From Candidatus Sulfopaludibacter sp. SbA3 (GTDB lineage: Bacteria; Acidobacteriota; Terriglobia; 20CM-2-55-15): a stretch of 64,000 nt of DNA. A model generated the notes under the pieces. That model was not told where the DNA came from, did no database searches, and saw nothing but the letters and a program-made list of their open reading frames with translations. This document shows positions 35,293 through 44,828 of this stretch, piece by piece. Numbering within the stretch: position 1 is the first letter of the stretch; every line of letters begins with the position of its first letter. The stretch is from assembly GCA_945865815.1 (NCBI GenBank), contig CAMBFR010000007.1, positions 3,008-67,007 of the forward strand, in the 5' to 3' direction. Both the position numbers and the translations under genes were made by a program.

Positions 35293-38200
35293 CGTAGCGG
35301 GCGCCCTCTCCCGGTGGGAGAGGGGACTCGCGAAAGCACTCCTCCTGATTCTCATTTTCTCGCCGGCGACGGCGTTCGCCCAGACGACTTCCCGCGTCGA
35401 CATTACCGCGGATTCGACCATCATCATCGTTGGCGAGCAAATCACCGCCACAGCGCGGGCAAAGGATGCCGATGGCGTGATCATTCCGAATGTTGCGCTG
35501 ACCTGGGCAACCCGTACGCCTGCGGTCGCCACCGTCGATTTATCCGGCATCGTCACGGGATTGTTTCCAGGCACCGTACAGATAACCGCGCGCACCGCCG
35601 GCAACGTCACCGGAACATTGACGTTCACCGTGGTCCCGGCAAGAGTCGAGGTGAGCGGTTCTTCAACGGTAGTTTTGAACCGTTCGATGAGCGTTACCGC
35701 CCGGGCCCTGGATATTCGCAGCAACTCCATTCCCAGCGTCACCATTGCATGGGCTTCTGACAACACTTCTGTCGCGACGGTAACGGCTACCGGTCTGGTC
35801 CAGGCGGTGGGACTGGGCGAAGCCGTCATATCCGCGACCGTTTCGGGATATGCCGGGCGGCTTGCTGTAACCGTTCAACGACCGATGGATTACTCGGTGC
35901 AGGCCGTCGTGGCGTCGGATTCGACCAACGGTCCTCAGAGTCGAATTCAGACCATTACTTCGATATCGAACCTGAATTCGAGAGGCGATATCGCCTTTGT
36001 CGGAAACCTGTCCGGCTCGACTGCCGCCGTCATCCTCGACGCTCAGGGTCAGCTCACAGCCCTGGCCCGCACCGGCGAGCCGGCCCCGTTGGGTGGAGTC
36101 TTCAGCGGCTTCGGCCAACCGGTGGTGAACAACCGCGGCGAGGTGGCATTCACAGCGACGGTGGCGAGCGGAATCGGCCCGCTGTTGATGCTGGCGCGAG
36201 GAAGGAATTTGTTTGTCCTGCTCGCCGTCGGCGACACCCTGGAATTCAGCGGCAACATTTCCACCATCACGCTTGCTTCCGATGGCCTCGACGACAGCGG
36301 GTACGCAACCGTGACGCTTGCGCTGACCAATCCGTCCTACTTCGGCGTATTCCGTGTATCCCCGGAGCAGGCCCTGGAGCCGCTCCTGCGAAGTTACGAC
36401 GAACTGTCCATCGGTTTGCCCACCGCTATCAACTCGGTTTCGGTAGCGCCCAACGGGAAGACGGCCGTGTTCGCGTCGTCCGGGACTCGCCGCGGAATTT
36501 ACCTGGTGTCACCGGCGGGAGCCGAAGCGGTTGCCGTCGACGGCGCCGCTGCGCCGGGCGGCGGCGTCTTTACATCTTTCCAGACGATTCGCGCAACCGA
36601 CACCGGCCTGTTTTTCACGGCAACACCGCAGGGCGGAACGCTATCGCTGTATCGTTCTTCCGGCCCAACGCTCGAGCAGGTTGTCCGTGGAGGCAGAGAT
36701 ACAACGTCAAATCGCACAACAACAATCGCCGCGCTGTTCGGCGCCAACGGCAATTCGGTCGTGCTTTCGGCAACGCTCAGCGACATCGGCACGGGGATTT
36801 TCCTGTGGACCGGCGGAAGCCTGCAGCCGGCTGCATTGCGGACGGCGGCCATGCCCGGCGGCGAAATTCTGTCGCGTCTGGATAACGCCTGGGTTAACGC
36901 CACACAGGATGTAGCCCTGCTGGCCTTGACGGACCGGCACCTGTCTGCGCTGTATCGCATTCGGGGCGCGGAAAAATCATTGGCATGGGCGTCCGGCAGC
37001 GCCACGCCGATTCCCGCAAATTTTTACCTCGTAACGACAACGACGCTTCGCCCCGGCCCGAACATTAACTATTTCATGGCCGGTTCTCCGGCAGGACTTT
37101 TCAGGACCTCGAATGGGATCGTGACGCCGGTCGCGATTCCGGGCCAGATAAGTCCGCGGGGAGATGCTTTCACGGTCGTGAACGTGGCGTCTTCAAACGC
37201 CAACGGGGATCTGGTGTTTGCCGCCACCAGCATCAATCTCCGGACAGCCGTGACGACCATCATCATGTATCGCTACATGGACGGCGCGCTCGTCGAATGG
37301 TTTCCATTCAATGTAGCCACCGATTTCCCGGGGCTCGGCAGGCAGACGATTTCTTCCGCAGGTCTCAATGGCATAGGCATCAATGCCTACCGCCAGGTGG
37401 CATTCGTCGGCGCGATATCCGGGCGGACAAGCCTCTTCTTCAGCACCGGCGACTTCAGGATTCTCCTCCAGAATGGGTCGCCAAGTCCTTCGGGCGGCAC
37501 GTTTACAAACTTCAGCAGCGTGCAGGTCACACCTTCCGGCACTGTTGTGTTTATCGCCACCATGACGGGCGGACCTGCCGGTCTGTTCGCTCATTCGGGC
37601 AGCGCAGTCCCGATAGCGCTCGCGACGGAATACACTGGAATCGGAGCGCCATCTCCGGGAGGCGAGTCGATCTATTTCTCCGCACGACGTGGAGATGTAA
37701 CCGCACTCTGGGTTTATTCCAACGGCGCTACGAGACCTTTTGTTGCCGTTGGCGCGGCCTTACCCACGAACGCCACGGTCACCGGCATCGGCGCGTATTC
37801 GGCACAGGAGGACGGGTCGGTCGTATTCCAGGCAACATCGGCATACACAGGCGTGTTCATGCGGGCCGCGGACGACACGATTTCCACGGTCGCGCTGCTG
37901 ACCGAAACGACGCCCATTGCAGGCCGCTACTCGACATTTCTTTCGCTGACCGTTGGAAACTCCGTCGTTCAAATGAACACGCTGGTCACAACGGACCGCG
38001 CGGCCCTGTTCGTGGGGTACCCGGATACAGTCCAGCGCACTCCGATCACGTCGACGGACTTCACGATCCTGAACCGCGGAACCGTTTCGGCGCGGACGGG
38101 AGGCCGAGCGGCAACTCAAACGATCGGCTACGCCAGTGTCCTGCCGGGCCCCGGCAGCACTACGCCATCCGCCCTGGCGATCCTGGCGTATCGGCAGAAC

Positions 38201-39454
38201 AACGCGCTGGTTTCGGAAACAACAGTTCCCGCAGTGTCACTGATTCAGAACGGCAGGATCTACGCGGAGGTCGGCGGCTCAGTAAACACCGGAATTGCCA
38301 TCGCAAATCCGGGCGCGCAGACCGCTTCGGTGTCTTTCTACTTCACCGACTTGAACGGAGAGGATTTCAGATCCGGAACTATTCCAGTCGAAGCCGGAAG
38401 GCAGATTGTGGGCTTTCTGAATGACAGCCCGTTCAACGGTGGCTCGCCGATCATTGGAACGTTTACCTTCAGTTCGTCGGTGCCTCTCGCCGTAATCGCA
38501 ATCCGCGGATATACCAACGAGCGGTCGGAATTCCTGATGACGACCCTGCCCGTAATACCGCTGCCCCAGACGGATTCGAGCGCCGTCATTCTTCCGCACT
38601 TCGCCGAGGGCGGCGGATGGACAACGCGCATCCTGCTCGTCAACCCGACCGACGGTCCGGTCAGCGGCGCCGTCAATTTCACAGGACAGGGTACGCCGGC
38701 TGCCCCGGCACAACCGCTGTTTGTCACAATCGGTGGGCAGACAAATTCGACCTTCCCCTACTCCCTTCCAAAGCGCAGCTCCCGTGTCCTGGAAACAAGC
38801 GGAGCCGGTGCGCTCCGTAGCGGTTGGGTGCGCATCACAGGATCGGCCGGCGGCGCAACTGCATCGGGAATGGTGATCTTTTCGTACAAACAGAATGGAA
38901 TAACCGTCAGCGAGGCCGGAGTACCTTCGTCGCCGAGCGCGACCGCGTTCCGGCTCTACCTGGAAGCTTCGGGAAGCATCAGCACGGGCCAGATCGGAAC
39001 GATTCAAACAGGCATCGCGATTGCGAATCCCTCGAATGCCCCTGCGACGGTGACTTTCGACCTATCGAATCTTTCCGGAGCTTCTGCGGGAATCACAGGA
39101 TCGGCGGTGGTTCCCGCCCAGGGACAGATTGCCGTGTTCGCAAACGACATCACGAATTTCCAGGGTGTGACGGCGAACCAGGGCGTGCTCCGAATCTCTT
39201 CGCCGGCCGCAATCGCCGTAATAGGCATCCGGGCACGCGTCAACGAGCGTGGCGAATTCCTGACAACGACAGTTCATCCGGTGGCGGAATCGAGCATCCC
39301 ATCGACGACCGGACTGTTCATGCCGCATTTTGTCGAGTCGGGCGGCTTCACGACTCAATTCATACTGTTCAGCGGCTCCGCCAACCAATCCTCATCCGGC
39401 AGCCTGCGATTCTTCAACCAGTCCGGCCAGTCGCAGGGCCTTACACTGCGTTGA
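35279..39454 (+). CDS. 1391-aa secreted multidomain protein: Big_2 Ig-like domains, NxxGxxAF-repeat region, shared C-terminal repeat module
   Basis: ATG 35279 gives the signal peptide ...LLLILIFSPATAFAQ. Big_2-like units follow (ATVDLSGIVTGLFPGTVQITA, ATVTATGLVQAVGLGEAVISA). Repeats NSRGDIAF / NNRGEVAF / NANGDLVF follow these. The last ~465 aa align with 25387..27375. The start overlaps the DUF1501 gene by 14 nt. Confidence 0.75.
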   Translation: MKFSNVAGALSRWERGLAKALLLILIFSPATAFAQTTSRVDITADSTIIIVGEQITATARAKDADGVIIPNVALTWATRTPAVATVDLSGIVTGLFPGTVQITARTAGNVTGTLTFTVVPARVEVSGSSTVVLNRSMSVTARALDIRSNSIPSVTIAWASDNTSVATVTATGLVQAVGLGEAVISATVSGYAGRLAVTVQRPMDYSVQAVVASDSTNGPQSRIQTITSISNLNSRGDIAFVGNLSGSTAAVILDAQGQLTALARTGEPAPLGGVFSGFGQPVVNNRGEVAFTATVASGIGPLLMLARGRNLFVLLAVGDTLEFSGNISTITLASDGLDDSGYATVTLALTNPSYFGVFRVSPEQALEPLLRSYDELSIGLPTAINSVSVAPNGKTAVFASSGTRRGIYLVSPAGAEAVAVDGAAAPGGGVFTSFQTIRATDTGLFFTATPQGGTLSLYRSSGPTLEQVVRGGRDTTSNRTTTIAALFGANGNSVVLSATLSDIGTGIFLWTGGSLQPAALRTAAMPGGEILSRLDNAWVNATQDVALLALTDRHLSALYRIRGAEKSLAWASGSATPIPANFYLVTTTTLRPGPNINYFMAGSPAGLFRTSNGIVTPVAIPGQISPRGDAFTVVNVASSNANGDLVFAATSINLRTAVTTIIMYRYMDGALVEWFPFNVATDFPGLGRQTISSAGLNGIGINAYRQVAFVGAISGRTSLFFSTGDFRILLQNGSPSPSGGTFTNFSSVQVTPSGTVVFIATMTGGPAGLFAHSGSAVPIALATEYTGIGAPSPGGESIYFSARRGDVTALWVYSNGATRPFVAVGAALPTNATVTGIGAYSAQEDGSVVFQATSAYTGVFMRAADDTISTVALLTETTPIAGRYSTFLSLTVGNSVVQMNTLVTTDRAALFVGYPDTVQRTPITSTDFTILNRGTVSARTGGRAATQTIGYASVLPGPGSTTPSALAILAYRQNNALVSETTVPAVSLIQNGRIYAEVGGSVNTGIAIANPGAQTASVSFYFTDLNGEDFRSGTIPVEAGRQIVGFLNDSPFNGGSPIIGTFTFSSSVPLAVIAIRGYTNERSEFLMTTLPVIPLPQTDSSAVILPHFAEGGGWTTRILLVNPTDGPVSGAVNFTGQGTPAAPAQPLFVTIGGQTNSTFPYSLPKRSSRVLETSGAGALRSGWVRITGSAGGATASGMVIFSYKQNGITVSEAGVPSSPSATAFRLYLEASGSISTGQIGTIQTGIAIANPSNAPATVTFDLSNLSGASAGITGSAVVPAQGQIAVFANDITNFQGVTANQGVLRISSPAAIAVIGIRARVNERGEFLTTTVHPVAESSIPSTTGLFMPHFVESGGFTTQFILFSGSANQSSSGSLRFFNQSGQSQGLTLR

Positions 39455-39455
39455 G

Positions 39456-39489
39456 CTGTGGGCGCGGGGCTTCAGCCCCGTGCCCACAG
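39456..39489. repeat. REP-like element family A, single hairpin copy
   Basis: CTGTGGGCGCGGGGC-TTCA-GCCCCGTGCCCACAG forms a 15-bp stem including one G-U pair. It lies between convergent genes. Confidence 0.75.
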
Positions 39490-39503
39490 GTAGAACGAAC
39501 ACA

Positions 39504-40448
39504 CTATTTGATTCTCTTCCAGAGCCGGCTCGCCATCAGATGGAGTTTCTTGTTCTCCATCATGGAAAGGCTGCGCGAGGCGGACTTCATCGTTGTTTCC
39601 CAGAATGACAATTCGGCGCGCGACGTGATTCCCGCGCCTTGTTTCTTGAGGCTGTAAAACAGATCGGAATACTGGCCGCACAGTTCGCGGATGTAATCGA
39701 ACGAGCGGCGGTGGATGAGACAAGGTCCAAGATCGCGAATCGCCTGCTGATGTTCCGGCGTGGCGTATCCCTTATGGCTGGCAAAACCATAGCCCGGATA
39801 GGCCGAGTCCAGATCGCACATGAGCCGGTCCCGATAGACCTTTGCAACGATCGAAGCCGCCGCGATCGAAAAATTGATTCCGTCGCCCTTGTCAAAGCTG
39901 TTCTGAGGCTGCGTGAGATTCGGTATGGTCCGGCTATCCACAAGCACGTGCTGCGGAACCACGCTGAGTCCGGACAGCGCCGCATACATGGCGCGAATTC
40001 CAGCGTGATAAATATTCACACGATCGATTTCGTCCACTTCGATAACGCCGATCGATACGGCGGCTGCCCTTCCACGAATTGCAGCATCGAGCCGGATTCG
40101 GCTGTCTTCGTCGAGCGCCTTGGAATCGTCCACGCCGGCGATCTCCGTACCCGGAGGGAAAACGACCGCGGCCGCGACAACCGGACCGGCCAGCGGGCCC
40201 ACGCCGACTTCATCAACACCGGCAATGTGAACGACTCCCGCCTTCCACAATAACCGCTCGAAATGGAGCATCGCGTCGAGCCGATTGCGCTCCTTCTTCT
40301 GATCCTGTAAACGCTTCGCAAGTGTCTTGTACAGCTTGCGCGCTCCGGTGCGCGGGTCGCGCTGGAGCTTGCGTAAAACGTGGGGGGATACGCTGGCCTG
40401 AGGTGACGAGTATCTTTCCTGGATTTCTTTCAGGGATAATTGCGCCAT
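39504..40448 (-). CDS. rnhB: Ribonuclease HII, long form
   Basis: It has IAGVDEVGVGPLAGPVV, DDSKAL, KGDG...SIAAASIVAKV and YGFASHKGY. The N-terminal region resembles the B. subtilis-type long form and starts at MAQLSLKEIQ (ATG 40448). About 55 aa follow the usual HRRSF end. Confidence 0.85.
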   Translation of the reverse strand: MAQLSLKEIQERYSSPQASVSPHVLRKLQRDPRTGARKLYKTLAKRLQDQKKERNRLDAMLHFERLLWKAGVVHIAGVDEVGVGPLAGPVVAAAVVFPPGTEIAGVDDSKALDEDSRIRLDAAIRGRAAAVSIGVIEVDEIDRVNIYHAGIRAMYAALSGLSVVPQHVLVDSRTIPNLTQPQNSFDKGDGINFSIAAASIVAKVYRDRLMCDLDSAYPGYGFASHKGYATPEHQQAIRDLGPCLIHRRSFDYIRELCGQYSDLFYSLKKQGAGITSRAELSFWETTMKSASRSLSMMENKKLHLMASRLWKRIK

Positions 40449-41004
40449 GGGTTCGATCCGCTCCCTTGTTCCCGTCAAGCTGTTTACCGGCGTCCTGGTC
40501 TCAAACGCCGGCCTGTTGCCCGAAGTCGAGGCGCGCCTCGCCGCCCGCTACGGACCGATCGACCACCGGTCACCGGTCATTCCGTTCGATTTCACCGACT
40601 ACTATTCCGGCGAGATGGGCGGCATCATTGACCGGGTCCTGTTCTCGTTCGAACGGCTTATTGAAGCGGACCGGCTGGCGGAAATCAAGCGGCAAACCAA
40701 CGGAATCGAAGACCAGATGAAGCCGCTTTTCGAAGGCGTCAAGAGACCGGTGAATCTGGACCCCGGATACGTGGAGCAAGCCAAAGTCATCCTTGCCTCG
40801 ACCAAGAATTTTTATCACAGGATTCATATCGGTGGCGGGATCTTCGGGGAAGTCACCATGCATTTCAGGAACAACACGTTCCAGTTTTTTCCATGGACCT
40901 ATCCGGACTATCAGTCGAAGGGCTATCAGGAATTCTTTCTTAAGATCCGTCAACTGTACCGCGCACAATTGCGCGGAATGTGCATTGTCAACACGGAGGA
41001 GTAA
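40447..41004 (+). CDS. DUF4416 family protein
   Basis: It has VKLFTGVL, FDFTDYYSGEMG, NLDPGYV, LASTKNFYHRI and WTYPDY. Confidence 0.75.
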   Translation: MGSIRSLVPVKLFTGVLVSNAGLLPEVEARLAARYGPIDHRSPVIPFDFTDYYSGEMGGIIDRVLFSFERLIEADRLAEIKRQTNGIEDQMKPLFEGVKRPVNLDPGYVEQAKVILASTKNFYHRIHIGGGIFGEVTMHFRNNTFQFFPWTYPDYQSKGYQEFFLKIRQLYRAQLRGMCIVNTEE

Positions 41005-41006
41005 CG

Positions 41007-41762
41007 ATGAGTGACCCGTTCTGGAGAACCGCCTTATCGTCCGTCGAGAAAAACAAGATCATGATTCGCGGCTACAGGGTTGAAGAGCTGATGGAGAACT
41101 GCACGTTCGGCGACATGGTCTATCTCACGTTTCGCGGTGAGTTGCCATCCGGCCATGAAGGACGGCTGATCGAAATGATGTTGGTTTCCAGCACAGACCA
41201 TTCCGTGCTTGCTCCCTCGATTGACGCCACCCGTTTCGTCGCCTCCGGCGGGGTCCCGCTCCAGGCCGCTGTTGCCGCAGGCGTGCTTGCGCTTGGCGAA
41301 CACCATGGAGGCGCGATCGAACAATGCGCAAAGACCCTGCAGGAATCGGTGGCCTCAAAAGTATCCGCGGCGGACATCGTGAGGAATTTCAGGGAACGGA
41401 AGCAGCGGTTTCCCGGTGTCGGCCATCCGCTTCACTCGCGTGATCCGCGGCCGGTCGTGATTGCGTCGGCGGCTCGCAGGTGGAACCTGGCCGGAGCGCA
41501 CCTGGAGTTGATCGAAGCCATTGCGGAAGAGATAAAGCTGCCGATGAACATCGACGGCGGCATCGCCGGAATCATGTCCGATATCGGTATTGATTGGAGA
41601 TACGGAAAGACGTTTTTCATTCTCTCACGAACCCTTGGCCTGGCAGCTCACGCTGTTGAAGAGACGAGGCGGGAGCGCCCGTTTCGGTCGATTGATTTGA
41701 AGGATGTGGCTTACGACGGTCCGGCAGAGAGAGACATTCCGGAAGAGTTTAAGAAGGCTTGA
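41007..41762 (+). CDS. Citrate synthase-like / citryl-CoA lyase family protein
   Basis: It has IRGYRVEELM, MLVSSTDHS, LGEHHGGA and GVGHPLHSRDPR. ATG 41007 follows a GGAGGA Shine-Dalgarno sequence. Confidence 0.6.
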   Translation: MSDPFWRTALSSVEKNKIMIRGYRVEELMENCTFGDMVYLTFRGELPSGHEGRLIEMMLVSSTDHSVLAPSIDATRFVASGGVPLQAAVAAGVLALGEHHGGAIEQCAKTLQESVASKVSAADIVRNFRERKQRFPGVGHPLHSRDPRPVVIASAARRWNLAGAHLELIEAIAEEIKLPMNIDGGIAGIMSDIGIDWRYGKTFFILSRTLGLAAHAVEETRRERPFRSIDLKDVAYDGPAERDIPEEFKKA

Positions 41763-41763
41763 T

Positions 41764-42120
41764 TTGAAACTGTTGTACAACATCGGCGGCTGCATCTGTG
41801 TGGGCCTTGGCTTCCTGGGCTTATTTCTTCCATTGCTGCCTACAACGCCATTTCTTCTTCTCGCCGCCTTTTGCTTTTCGAGAGGGTCGGCAACAATGCA
41901 TCGATGGCTGCTGGAACATCCGAGAATGGGCGCCATCATCCGGGATTGGAACGAGAATCGAGTCATCCGGCCCCGGGTAAAGGCCGCTGCGGCAGTCGCG
42001 GTTGTCCTGATAATGACTCCGGCGCTTGTTTTTAGCGGCGCTTCCCCCGCACTCAAAGCGGTTTCGATATGTATCGGGCTGGGCGTAATCACAATGATCT
42101 GCCGGCAGGCTTCACGGTAG
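41764..42120 (+). CDS. ybaN: YbaN family (DUF454) inner-membrane protein
   Basis: It has LGFLGLFLPLLPTTPFLLLAAFCFSRGS and RWLLEHP. The TTG start lies 1 nt after the preceding stop. Confidence 0.7.
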   Translation: MKLLYNIGGCICVGLGFLGLFLPLLPTTPFLLLAAFCFSRGSATMHRWLLEHPRMGAIIRDWNENRVIRPRVKAAAAVAVVLIMTPALVFSGASPALKAVSICIGLGVITMICRQASR

Positions 42121-42129
42121 GAGCTTGAA

Positions 42130-42567
42130 CTATTGCGAGATCGCGGGACTCTGGGCGTTGGCGTCTTTGCCTTGTTCGGCCCGAATCGTACCGGTTTGAT
42201 CGCTGAAGAAATGCCGTACCTCGGGCGAAGGCGTTGAGGGGACGGCCAGGATGACATAACTGGCGGCGTCGGCGGCGGGTCTCAATCGGATGTCATATCC
42301 CGTCTTCTCAATCGCCGGCTCTTCCTTTAAGAAAAGCATTTCGATCATCTCATCGTAGGTCAGTGCATATCGCCGATTGCGGTCAAAGTAATCCATCTGC
42401 CCGGAATTCACTTCGGCTATCGCAGCCAGTGCGGCAGGCTCGTCCGGCGCTTTCTGCGGAGCGGTGGGAGATGGACTGGCCGTCTGTTGCGGGGCCTGCG
42501 GCTCTCCCCCGCATCCTGCCAGGATGATGACGACGAGAAAAGCCACTCCTGATCTCATAGCGCGCAT
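42130..42567 (-). CDS. Putative lipoprotein, pilin-like C-terminal region
   Basis: MRAMRSGVAFLVVIILAGC contains a lipobox. A Pro/Ala-rich linker follows, then ...YDIRLRP...YVILAVP...RHFFSDQTGTIR. Confidence 0.5.
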   Translation of the reverse strand: MRAMRSGVAFLVVIILAGCGGEPQAPQQTASPSPTAPQKAPDEPAALAAIAEVNSGQMDYFDRNRRYALTYDEMIEMLFLKEEPAIEKTGYDIRLRPAADAASYVILAVPSTPSPEVRHFFSDQTGTIRAEQGKDANAQSPAISQ

Positions 42568-43109
42568 TATACACAAGGCCGCAGCGCCTCTCCCCCGGGG
42601 CCGGGCACCAAAGGACATCTTGGGGACAGACTCCGAATCAAGTGGCAGTGGCAGATCGGTATCCTGAATTTGGAGTCTCCCAATATTCCCAATAGGCCGG
42701 TTTCTCGCAACTCGACCCGCGTTTTCTGCGATTCCTGAACACCTGGCGACTTTTGTGGAGGAATGTTGCCTGCACGCCGACCTAATTCAACTTCCCAGAA
42801 GGGGACTTGTGGGTCCTTAAGCCCACTTCTACGTATAGCCGACGTCCAAGTGACAATTGCTGATCATTGCTTGAGCTTGGTTTGTGGTTGTACGCGCGCC
42901 ACGAGCTCGTCCGTTGCTTTCAGGAAATGACGGTGCAACCAATCGATAACGTGCCGCCGGCGGAGTTCGAAACGGCGTATTATCGCCAACACGAAGAGTC
43001 AGCCATCGAGGCCTGACTCCACTTAAACAGTCTCCGGTAACCCCCGGGGGCTTCAAATGGAATGTGGTGCAATGTTCGATGTAGTTTACCCACGCACGTT
43101 CTGAAGTTC

Positions 43110-44828
43110 ATGGCAACACTGGAAAACCAGGTCGACGCGGTGCTGGACTACCATTCCCGCACGAAACATCATCTGCACCGTTTCGCGGCATCATTGGGAT
43201 ACCTCGACTGGGCAACACAACCGGATCCATTTCGAACCTTTGATGGCGCGCAGACTATCGCCCTGCCTCTTTCTGCCGAACGGCTTGCACAGGCGCGTTA
43301 TGACGAGCTTTACTCTTTGGGGATTGCTGCCCTGCCTGTTAATCGGGACAGTGTCGCGGCGCTGTTTGAACTGGCTCTCGGACTATCTGCTTGGAAGCAA
43401 TACGAGAAAACACGCTGGGCCCTGCGCTGCAACCCGTCGAGCGGCAACCTGCACCCCACCGAAGGCTATGCGGTTCTTCCCGATATCCAGGACCTGAATA
43501 GCGGCGTCTATCACTATCTGTCCCGCGACCATTGTCTGGAGCGGCGATGCACACCTCGGCGTGAAGGGACTGACCGTCTCGCAAGTATCTTGGGGGGCTC
43601 GATCCTGGTGGGTTTGTCCTCGATTCATTGGCGCGAAGCGTGGAAATACGGCGAACGCGCCTTCCGTTACTGCCAGCACGATATCGGACATGCCATTGCA
43701 ACTGTTCGGTATGCGGCTGCTGCGCTGGGTTGGAAAGCCGAGTTACTCGACGTATCCGACTCTATGATCGCGGGCGTTCTGGGTCTGTCTCGGAAAGAGG
43801 ACTTCGCCGGCATCGACGAAGCCGATCGAGAGCATCCCGGCGCGCTGCTTTGCGTTGGGCCTAGCGGCCCTGTTGAGCCTGGTGCACTCGGCGGTCTCTC
43901 GCCCAAACATAAGGGTGCTGCGGCCATCGACATCGCAGGTCTGCACGAGGTGATGAAGCACGAAAGGTGGGAGGGACGGCCCAACCTCTTGAGCCCGGAC
44001 CACACACGATGGCCTGTCATCGACTTTGCGGCTCAAGCGGCGTGGCGAAGCGAGGACGCTCTCGATTCCGATTCCGCCGCCGCCTCGCGAACCTATACAC
44101 CTCCCGCGCCTTCCTGGAGCGATTCAAGCGCGAGTGCGCCGCGCCGCGCCGTCGATCTCATCAAGCAACGCCGAAGTGCTGTTGCTCTCGACGACTCGAC
44201 GTCGATTGGACTTCAAACCTTTTACGGAATGCTCGACCGGTTATTACCGCGGGCCGGCGCGGCGCCCTGGGACGTCCTGCCATGGCCGCCCCATCTGCAT
44301 TGCGGAATCTTTGTGCACCGCGTTGACGGCCTGACTCCGGGGCTGTACCTGTTCTTACGAAATCCCGATTCAGAGAAGAAAGTGAAGTCAGCACTCAGCC
44401 CCAGTTTCCTTTTTGAACGTCCGAGCGGCTGCCCGGAACATTTGTTGTTGTTCAGACTCATAGACGGAAACTTCCGGCAACAGGCGCAGGTCGTCAGTTG
44501 CCAGCAGAAGATCGCCGGGGCCGGCGCGTTCAGTCTGGGCATGATCGCGGAGTTCCGAGACAGTGTTCGTTCGAAAGGAGCCTGGTGGTATCGCAGGCTT
44601 TTCTGGGAGTCAGGCGTGCTGGGACAAGTGCTGTATCTCGAGGCCGAGGCTGCCGGAATTCGGGGCACGGGAATCGGTTGTTATTTCGACGACGCCTTCC
44701 ATAGCATCCTGGGCCTGCAAGACAACCAACTGCAGAGCCTTTACCATTTCACAGTCGGCGGACCTGTTGAAGATACCCGCCTGACGACGCTGCCCGCCTA
44801 TGCACATCTCAGTCCCGACAGGCGGTAA
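43110..44828 (+). CDS. SagB/ThcOx-type nitroreductase-family protein, two-domain form
   Basis: It has YHSRTKHH, WATQPDPFR and RCNPSSGNLHPTEGY. A second nitroreductase-like half ends GIGCYFDD...YHFTVGG. Confidence 0.7.
   Translation: MATLENQVDAVLDYHSRTKHHLHRFAASLGYLDWATQPDPFRTFDGAQTIALPLSAERLAQARYDELYSLGIAALPVNRDSVAALFELALGLSAWKQYEKTRWALRCNPSSGNLHPTEGYAVLPDIQDLNSGVYHYLSRDHCLERRCTPRREGTDRLASILGGSILVGLSSIHWREAWKYGERAFRYCQHDIGHAIATVRYAAAALGWKAELLDVSDSMIAGVLGLSRKEDFAGIDEADREHPGALLCVGPSGPVEPGALGGLSPKHKGAAAIDIAGLHEVMKHERWEGRPNLLSPDHTRWPVIDFAAQAAWRSEDALDSDSAAASRTYTPPAPSWSDSSASAPRRAVDLIKQRRSAVALDDSTSIGLQTFYGMLDRLLPRAGAAPWDVLPWPPHLHCGIFVHRVDGLTPGLYLFLRNPDSEKKVKSALSPSFLFERPSGCPEHLLLFRLIDGNFRQQAQVVSCQQKIAGAGAFSLGMIAEFRDSVRSKGAWWYRRLFWESGVLGQVLYLEAEAAGIRGTGIGCYFDDAFHSILGLQDNQLQSLYHFTVGGPVEDTRLTTLPAYAHLSPDRR

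Noticed and set aside
33934-35829. 631-aa ORF on the minus strand
   Set aside because: It is antisense to the DUF1501 gene and to the start of the giant protein gene. Both have strong family motifs, whereas the antisense frame has none.
37297-38424. 375-aa ORF on the plus strand in an alternative frame of the giant gene
   Set aside because: It is extremely Arg/Gly/His-rich. The overlapping frame carries the conserved repeats.
39330-39608. Small ORFs containing LWARGFSPVP (also 28205..28420 and 54300..54551)
   Set aside because: The shared peptide is simply the translation of REP-like family A. These ORFs are not genes.
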